This document shows, piece after piece, positions 57,474 through 64,000 of a stretch of 64,000 nucleotides of DNA (position 1 is the stretch's first letter; the number at the start of each line of letters is the position of its first letter). The stretch comes from Methanotrichaceae archaeon (GTDB lineage Archaea > Halobacteriota > Methanosarcinia > Methanotrichales > Methanotrichaceae), in the NCBI GenBank assembly GCA_963748825.1, contig CAVVKN010000004.1:83739-147738 (forward strand), written 5' to 3'. A program made the translations under genes and the position numbers. Under the pieces are notes generated by a model, which was not told where the DNA came from, ran no database searches, and worked only from the letters and a program-made list of their open reading frames with translations.

Positions 57474-58181
57474 TCAATTCATTGAGGTAGCGGAAGGATA
57501 ATTATCCTTGCCGGGACCGCTTCCAATCTCCTTGGGCTTGTCGCAGATTTTATCCTGGTTGGCATCATAACAGCCCTCCTTCTCCTCATCGTAATCGCTG
57601 TAATGGTTTCCTAAAACCCGCGGGCCGCTTATCAACTCCATGAGGCCCTTCAATCCTCCTGCCGGCACGCTCCCATTCCATCGATTATTGATGCCACTGT
57701 CGCTTACAGTTATTTCATTATCCAACAGGTCGTTGGACAGAAAAGTGTTATTTTCATTTCCGGGCGGGATATAAATTCCATACTTATTCTTATAAATTAT
57801 ATTGCTTTGCACAATATTATTGCTGGAATCAACTTTTATCCCGGCATTGCCGCACCCACAACCACCAGAACCCGTTATGTTAAAGCCCTCAACAATAGTG
57901 CCATTGGACGTTATGCTGATGACGCTTCCCGATCCGCCGGCATCCACAACAGGAAGCCCTTTGCCGCTATCAATGCCCTGCAAGGTAAGAGTCTTATAGA
58001 CATGAACGTTCTCGCGATAGACACCACTTTGCACCTCAATGATATCCCCCTGGCTGGAATTGTCTATTGCCTGCTGTATTTGCGAATAATCCGCATTCTG
58101 CGGCCCCACGGTTATCTTTGAGGCATTTGCATATCCCAGGACCAGAATTGGGATTAGTATTAATATTAAACATGCCCTCAT
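57474..58181 (-). CDS. Secreted NosD/CASH beta-helix protein (short paralogue of 24790..26679)
   Basis: Signal peptide; IQQAID, G.Y.EN, GLP.VD, GNHYSD...GC....D.ICD. Confidence 0.82.
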   Translation of the reverse strand: MRACLILILIPILVLGYANASKITVGPQNADYSQIQQAIDNSSQGDIIEVQSGVYRENVHVYKTLTLQGIDSGKGLPVVDAGGSGSVISITSNGTIVEGFNITGSGGCGCGNAGIKVDSSNNIVQSNIIYKNKYGIYIPPGNENNTFLSNDLLDNEITVSDSGINNRWNGSVPAGGLKGLMELISGPRVLGNHYSDYDEEKEGCYDANQDKICDKPKEIGSGPGKDNYPSATSMN

Positions 58182-58648
58182 AATTTTCCCGTAATTGCTT
58201 CTTTCTATTAGAACTTTTTCATTAATATTCTTAAGACAGTGCATTTTGTGATAGATAATATTGTATTTATATTTAATAGTTTTATGAGCCTATGCAATAA
58301 AAAGATCTTCAGATCCAATGCGTTGCCCGGCAGGCCGCAGTGAAGAGGATCGTGCGACTAAAGCTGCCCATCGGCCTGTAGAAGCGCGTGACCGGGATAA
58401 ATTCTATCCCTACGGTCCCTATGATCAGCCAGGCTGCAACAGGGTGTTCTGCCTCATTTTGCTCGCTGCCCATATGTACTATGTTCTACTATAATATGCT
58501 TATAATGCTGCTAAGCTGCAAATGCGGCCAGGTCTTGAGAGAGGCCCAAGAGAGACCAATGGGCTAGGCTCGAGCAGATGGCCGGCGAGACCATACGCTC
58601 GAATGGCAGAGCTTGGGTTATTCATCTTGGGATATTTGAAGATTCGAG

Positions 58649-58963
58649 GTGAATGAAATGGAAGGACAAAAATCAAAGACAGATGAGTTTGCACAAGCCC
58701 TCGGCGAAGAAATGGACTCTGCCTTCAAGAGGCTGGTCTTTTTGACACTAAAAGAGGGCGCGCTATCGGCAAAAGACAAGGCCCTAATCGCCCTGGCCTG
58801 CTCTGTAGCAGTCAGATGTGAGCGCTGCGTAGAGAGGCATAAGGAGGCGGCCAGCAAAGCCGGAGCCAGCCGGGAAGAGATGCTGGAGGCGGCGGCGGTT
58901 GCAGGACTTGTGCGCATGGGCTCGGGGTTCAACGTGGCTGCAGCCCTGCTGGATGAGGATTAA
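58649..58963 (+). CDS. Carboxymuconolactone decarboxylase/AhpD-family protein
   Basis: GAL..K.K.LIALA......CERC...H...A...GAS.EE..EA. Confidence 0.9.
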   Translation: MNEMEGQKSKTDEFAQALGEEMDSAFKRLVFLTLKEGALSAKDKALIALACSVAVRCERCVERHKEAASKAGASREEMLEAAAVAGLVRMGSGFNVAAALLDED

Positions 58964-58999
58964 GAAAAGCAATTTTCGGATGATAAGAGGTAGATAGAG

Positions 59000-59377
59000 A
59001 TGATAGAGGGCATTAAGTGTCAGAACTGCAGCAAAGAGATCGCTGAGGAAGAGGTCTTCATCACAGATGGCAAGACACTCTGCGAAGACTGCTACATCGA
59101 TGTCGGCCACCGAATTAGGGTCTGTGATCCCTGGGGAGAGAGGTCAAAGAAGATATTCCGAACGAGCCACGGCCTGGAAGGAACCGATGGCCTCACGGAT
59201 CTGCAAAAGGAGATCTACGAGTACATTCTGCAGAAGGGCAAGGCCACCAAGGCGGAGCTGATAGAGAACTTCAAGCTGCCGGCGCCGGAGCTGGAGAACC
59301 AGTTTGCCATACTACGCCACTGCCAGCTCTTGAAAGGCAAGAAGGAAGGAGATATGGTGTATATTGTGCTCTGGTGA
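59000..59377 (+). CDS. Zinc-finger plus winged-helix protein
   Basis: CQNC...LCEDCY...CDPW; LT.LQ..IY..I...G, FA.LRHC.L.KG. Confidence 0.75.
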   Translation: MIEGIKCQNCSKEIAEEEVFITDGKTLCEDCYIDVGHRIRVCDPWGERSKKIFRTSHGLEGTDGLTDLQKEIYEYILQKGKATKAELIENFKLPAPELENQFAILRHCQLLKGKKEGDMVYIVLW

Positions 59378-59381
59378 AGAT

Positions 59382-59909
59382 ATGATCGTAATTCGTGAGG
59401 AGAGACGAGAGGATAAGCAAGCGCAAGTGATCCGAGCGGTGAACGAAAAGGCTTTCGGCCAGCCAGATGAAGCCAATATAGTCGACAGTCTGCAAAAAAG
59501 CTGTCCCGGCCTGCTCTCCTTAGTCGCCCTTGATGGCGACGAGGTCGTGGGACACATCCTCTTCTCTCCAGCCAAAATCGAAGGCGATGCGAAGACAATA
59601 GAGGGCATGGGCCTGGCGCCCATGGCCGTCCTTCCAGAGCGGCAGCGCCTGGGTGTTGGCACACAACTCGTCAAACGAGGCATCGAGATGCTGAGGAGCC
59701 GGGATTGTCCCTTTATCATCGTACTGGGGCATCCTGAATACTATCCCCGCTTCGGCTTTGTGCGTGCCTCTTTGCACGGCATTCGCAGCCAGTGGGATGG
59801 AGTTCCAAACGAGGCCTTTATGATCCTGATTTTGGACCAGTCGGCGATGAAAGGTGTCTCGAGAGTGGCCAGGTACCGGGATGAGTTTGACGAGGCCATG
59901 CAGGAATAA
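59382..59909 (+). CDS. GNAT acetyltransferase (YhbS-like)
   Basis: AF....EA..V..L, VGHILFS, LAP.AV.P..Q..G.G..L, VLGHP.YY.RFGF. Confidence 0.92.
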   Translation: MIVIREERREDKQAQVIRAVNEKAFGQPDEANIVDSLQKSCPGLLSLVALDGDEVVGHILFSPAKIEGDAKTIEGMGLAPMAVLPERQRLGVGTQLVKRGIEMLRSRDCPFIIVLGHPEYYPRFGFVRASLHGIRSQWDGVPNEAFMILILDQSAMKGVSRVARYRDEFDEAMQE

Positions 59910-59995
59910 CCATAGTGAATTGGAATTGCATAAACCTTCCCCCGCAGGAGACTGCATGCCCTTACAAATAAGCAAAAGCTTCCTGGATATGAGCC

Positions 59996-60829
59996 ATGAC
60001 CGTCGATCAGATTCCCATCACCAGGTTCTCGATTATTACGAGGATTACCCCCAAGGCCCTGCGCTACTATGATCAGGTGGGGCTGCTGGTACCGGCAGCT
60101 AGAGACACATTAACCGGCTATCGCTACTACACGGCAGACCAACTTGAGAGGGGCGTGAGAGTAAAGACATTGTGCTCTTTGGGCATATCCCTGGAAGAGG
60201 TGGCTTGCTACCTCGATGCCGAAGTGAAAGGTGATAGGGACGTCGTGCAGGCCCTGAGAGAGAAGCATCTCCGCCGGACAAGAGGTGAGATCGCCAGGCT
60301 GCTAAGGATCGAGGCCTTGCTCAAACAAAGCGATAAGGAGCTGATAAAGATGGCATTAAGCGAGCCGGTTATCAAAGATGTGCCCGCTCTACGGGTGGTA
60401 AGCAAGAGAGACAGAGGAAGCTATGGTGAGACCATCGGTCACCTGATCGGAGAGCTCTGCGAAACGCTTTTCCGGCCAGATAACCAAAAAAATCTCGTGA
60501 AGATGAGCGGACCCTGCATGGCAATTTACCATGACCAGGAATATAAAGAAAAGGATGCCGATATAGAGGTGGCCATACCCATAACCGGAAGGATCGAAGT
60601 GGATGAGGATATGGAAGTCAAGAACCTTCCTCCGGCTCGAGTCCTGGCTGTTGTGCACAAAGGAAGCTACGATACGCTCCACCTGATCTACAAGGATCTC
60701 TACGAGTATATGATGAAAAATGGGATGGAGTTTGCCGGACCGGGAAGAGAGCTTTATCTGAGCGACCCCTGCAAGACGATCCCCGAAGAGCTATTGACGG
60801 AGATACAGTTGCCGATCAAAGAGGCATAG
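59996..60829 (+). CDS. MerR-family regulator with GyrI-like effector domain (BmrR/BltR type)
   Basis: ALRYYD..GLL.PA..D..TGYRYY; H.G.YD, RE.YL..P, TEIQ.PI. Confidence 0.92.
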   Translation: MTVDQIPITRFSIITRITPKALRYYDQVGLLVPAARDTLTGYRYYTADQLERGVRVKTLCSLGISLEEVACYLDAEVKGDRDVVQALREKHLRRTRGEIARLLRIEALLKQSDKELIKMALSEPVIKDVPALRVVSKRDRGSYGETIGHLIGELCETLFRPDNQKNLVKMSGPCMAIYHDQEYKEKDADIEVAIPITGRIEVDEDMEVKNLPPARVLAVVHKGSYDTLHLIYKDLYEYMMKNGMEFAGPGRELYLSDPCKTIPEELLTEIQLPIKEA

Positions 60830-60868
60830 GAAAAACATAAAAAGAAATTGTGATAGTATAGAGATACA

Positions 60869-61423
60869 ATGTACATCCCCATAATCCTCGGAACAGCCAG
60901 ACAGGGCCGCCAGTCCGAAAAAGCGGCCCAATTCATGCTGCAAAAAGCCCGGGAGGCAGGTCTCGAGAGCGAGATCATCGATGTGCGAGACTATCGCCTG
61001 GAAGCCACGGACAACACGGAAATAAGCCAGCCGGCCCAAAAGCTCGCGGAGAAAGCTAGGCGCGCCGACGGCTTCATCATCGTCTCTCCTGAGTACAACC
61101 ACGGCTATCCAGGCGAGCTGAAGATGCTTCTGGATATGCTCTTTTCTCAATATGCGCACAAGCCCGTGGGCATCTGTGGCGTCTCCTCCGGAGCCTGGGG
61201 CGGGACTCGCATGGTTGAGCAGCTGCGCCTGGTCTGCCTCGCCTTTCATATGGTCCCCACCGGCCAAGCTGTGCACTTTCCCAAGGTACAGGAGCTATTT
61301 GATGAGGCTGGCCTTCTAAAAGGAAGGTCGCAGCACGGCCAGGCAAAGAGGCTCTTGGAGGAACTGATCTGGTATGCCCGTGCTCTGAAGACGGCAAGGG
61401 AAAATCCTGGAGAGAGTTCTTGA
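60869..61423 (+). CDS. NADPH-dependent FMN reductase
   Basis: LGTAR.GR.S, ADG..VSPEYNHGYPG.LK..D, KP, S.G..GG.R. Confidence 0.92.
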   Translation: MYIPIILGTARQGRQSEKAAQFMLQKAREAGLESEIIDVRDYRLEATDNTEISQPAQKLAEKARRADGFIIVSPEYNHGYPGELKMLLDMLFSQYAHKPVGICGVSSGAWGGTRMVEQLRLVCLAFHMVPTGQAVHFPKVQELFDEAGLLKGRSQHGQAKRLLEELIWYARALKTARENPGESS

Positions 61424-61622
61424 GATTGCCCAGAAGAATGGTGAGATTGATTTCTCTATTGACTTTCAATATCAAATAATCAAATCATCAAAGATAATAA
61501 TAAATTCCGATCATTATTGGATATTCGCAGTCATAATTATCGCTGCAAGCCTATTCGCAAGAAGAGCTAAATAGAATGCATTAGATAGCTTCTCTTCGGT
61601 TTTTAACCAAAGGTGAGAAAGT

Positions 61623-62237
61623 ATGTCTGATAAGAAATTATATTCCCTGCCGGAGCTGCCCTATGCCTACAATGCCCTTGAACCATTTATCTCCGAGACT
61701 CAGCTCCGTCTGCATCACGACAAGCACCACGCCGCCTACGTGAACGGAGCCAACGCCATCCTGGAGAGACTGGATAAGGCCCGCCAGGCGGGGACCGATG
61801 TGGACATGAAAGCCACCTTAAAGGAGCTATCCTTCCAGGCAGGAGGCCATGTTCTGCATGGCCTCTTCTGGCGAAATTTGGCCCCCGCCGCCAAGGCCGT
61901 CAAGGAGCCCGGCGGTGCTCTGGCGGACGCCCTGAAGAAGGAGTTCGGATCCTTCGAGCGCTTCAAGAAGGAGTTTTCTGCGGCAGCAGCCAGCACAGAG
62001 GGCTCGGGCTGGGCGGCCCTTGCCTGGTGTGGCATGACCGGAAGGCTGCTGATCATGCAGATCGAGAAGCATAATGTGAATGTTTACCCCATGTTTCGCA
62101 TCCTCATGGTCCTGGATGTCTGGGAGCATGCTTACTATCTGGACTACAAGAATGAGAGGCCGAAGTTCGTGGAGGCCTTCTGGAACATAGTGGACTGGGA
62201 TGAGGTGAACAAGCGACTGGAGGCGATAATCAAATAG
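61623..62237 (+). CDS. sod: Fe/Mn superoxide dismutase
   Basis: [38 protein letters not shown]. Confidence 0.97.
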   Translation: MSDKKLYSLPELPYAYNALEPFISETQLRLHHDKHHAAYVNGANAILERLDKARQAGTDVDMKATLKELSFQAGGHVLHGLFWRNLAPAAKAVKEPGGALADALKKEFGSFERFKKEFSAAAASTEGSGWAALAWCGMTGRLLIMQIEKHNVNVYPMFRILMVLDVWEHAYYLDYKNERPKFVEAFWNIVDWDEVNKRLEAIIK

Positions 62238-62359
62238 GACCTCGACATCCAGAAGATCCAGATTTTTCTTTTAATTTTCACGAGCAGATTGAGAATGGTT
62301 GTGGCTTTGCATCTGCATTTCTAATCCGGGCTTTAAAAACTAAAAAAGAAGATATTGGC

Positions 62360-63001
62360 TCACAGGAACTTGAAGGAATTGATTATCTCCTTGGCATCGT
62401 TTTCATATTGCACATAGCTATCAGCCAGGGCATAATAAGTTGCGACGTAAGCTCTTTTGTCCTTTATGGTGTAAGCCAAGAGTATCTGATAAGGCATCTG
62501 GTCTATAGTGGCGGAATATGCTAGGACATGGGCAGGCTGATTGGAAAGAAGCATATCACCCTCTGCCAATGATTGAAAGTCAGAGTAAGAGCCTTTAAGG
62601 TTTTTGAGCACAAAATTTGTGTATTGCTCCAGAGTAATATCTTGGTTTGCAGGCAGGTTCTCAATTTGCAGCGTTACATAATTTTGAGCATTGTCGATGT
62701 CCTCGCCGGGTGCTAAGAATCCAACCACTATGCCCAATTCATTGGGGTCGGGCTCCTTCGCGATCCAACCCGATGGATAGGAGAAGGCGAAACCATTTTC
62801 TGCATTCTCATAAAGCTGCATCTGCTTCAAATCAGATAGGCTAAGTGCGCTGGAGGTATTCAAGAATTGATTTTGAGAACCATTGGCGTTAGCCAAGCTC
62901 TTTTCAGACACTGGTGCAGGACAGGACTGAGCATAGCATCCTGATAAAGAGATGACAACGGCCAGAAGGGCCAGCAGCCCTAATAGGAGATTTCGTTTCA
63001 T
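62360..63001 (-). CDS. Secreted PsbP/DcrB-like protein
   Basis: Signal peptide MKRNLLLGLL...LSGC; Y.N...GF.F.YP.GW; C-terminal II.SF.F. Confidence 0.75.
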   Translation of the reverse strand: MKRNLLLGLLALLAVVISLSGCYAQSCPAPVSEKSLANANGSQNQFLNTSSALSLSDLKQMQLYENAENGFAFSYPSGWIAKEPDPNELGIVVGFLAPGEDIDNAQNYVTLQIENLPANQDITLEQYTNFVLKNLKGSYSDFQSLAEGDMLLSNQPAHVLAYSATIDQMPYQILLAYTIKDKRAYVATYYALADSYVQYENDAKEIINSFKFL

Positions 63002-63460
63002 TATTTTTTCACCCCGAACAAGAATATGGGCGGCATGATTTTTTAATGACAAATAGTTTTCGAATTCCAAGACAGCGCCAAAAATACGGCAGTTCATAAA
63101 TCGTATAGCCGGTACTTCGCGTAGGACCTGAGAGCGGCCTGGAAAAATAAAGGGCATTGTTTCCGTCTTATATCGTTTCTGCCCAATTTAAATAAGCGAT
63201 CCAAGATAATCACAAGTTGATATCAAGAGAAGCCTTTGGCTTCGGCAAAATATATCGATTACTTTCGCCCCGCGTTCGATGGGTTTAATAATTTCCGCGC
63301 CGATGTTGTCCGATCAATTTATTACCCAGAGAAGAGATACCTGTAGAAAAATTTTGAGTGTGTTTGAGCGCAAAGCCAATAAACTCAGGATGAAATATTG
63401 GGATATAAGTTGATTGCTGAGATGATTAGTCATGTTGCTTTATGGTAGAGGGGATGGGCG

Positions 63461-64000
63461 TTGAGCAGCAGAATTGTGCAGCAGACCCTGGAAGGTCTGG
63501 CCGTTTCTGCCATGCCCAGGGTTAGGACCACAGACGGCCATCTGCTGGACTGGGATAGAGAGGCCATAGCCAAGCAACTCCTCAAGGAGACAAAGCTATC
63601 TGAACAATTTTACAAAGAACCGGGAATCACCGAGGAAGAGGCCCAGGACATCGCCAAAGAGGTGGAGCGCCGTGTGCGATGGATGAACGTCCAGTACCTG
63701 AGCGGCCCCCTGGTGCGAGAGATCATGAATGTAATCCTCTTAGAGAGGCACCACACAGAGTGGCGCAACATCTGCACCCGCGTGGGAACTCCGGTCTATG
63801 ATGCCCACCTCATCGACATCGGTACGGGTTTTGAGTCCAAGGAGAATGCTAACCTCCAGGAAAATGCCGAGACCAGCCACAAGAAGAAAGCTGACAAGAT
63901 CAGCAAGGAGCAGTACCTGCTGCTGCTGCCGCCCCATCTCGCCGACCGCCACCTGGCTGGAGACCTGCACATCCACGACCTGGAGTATTTCGGGACAAGG
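63461..64000 (+). CDS. nrdD: Anaerobic (class III) ribonucleoside-triphosphate reductase, 5' part (not in ORF track)
   Basis: Manual translation: ATP-cone-like MPRVRTTDG...WDRE.I...L, LSGPLVRE, ENAN, H..GDLHIHDLEYF; open to window end. Confidence 0.92.
   Translation, partial: MSSRIVQQTLEGLAVSAMPRVRTTDGHLLDWDREAIAKQLLKETKLSEQFYKEPGITEEEAQDIAKEVERRVRWMNVQYLSGPLVREIMNVILLERHHTEWRNICTRVGTPVYDAHLIDIGTGFESKENANLQENAETSHKKKADKISKEQYLLLLPPHLADRHLAGDLHIHDLEYFGTR

Noticed and set aside
335-63976. Numerous long antisense or alternate-frame ORFs (e.g. 14830..15732, 11583..12284, 22093..22815, 24727..25455, 54507..55094, 63740..63976)
   Set aside because: They shadow well-supported genes in GC-rich coding DNA and show no family motifs.

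Overview
Archaeal chromosomal window, most likely a Methanothrix/Methanosarcinales-type methanogen (inferred from gene content and protein style, not from a search). It is mostly housekeeping: hisG, taw1, nfo, glnA, purD-kae1, nadE, pstCA and pstS, histone-gatE-cdc6, tfs-pcna-priL, moeA, a triply frameshifted aroC, prs, the priS-gins-rpl44e-rps27e-aIF2a-nop10-PAC2-tldD superoperon, sod and the 5' end of nrdD. There are three tRNA genes (Arg-CCT, Lys-CTT, intron-containing Trp-CCA). Three box C/D guide RNAs, none represented in the ORF track (one in the Trp intron, two free-standing), all appear to target wobble C34 of tRNAs. Accessory segments: a tandem pair of pentapeptide-repeat/ion-channel proteins; an AT-rich GT2-GtrA-GT-C glycosylation cassette; a membrane-anchored HTH regulator with a soluble paralogue of its ectodomain plus Met- and Cys-rich secreted proteins sharing an upstream motif; and an AT-richer locus encoding a 665-aa protein with two tandem RxxxxH (HEPN-like) domains next to a RelBE-type toxin-antitoxin pair and a TPR protein. 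The tandem-HEPN locus and the transmembrane-regulator cluster are the best candidates for undescribed systems. No CRISPR array, integrase or transposase was seen.
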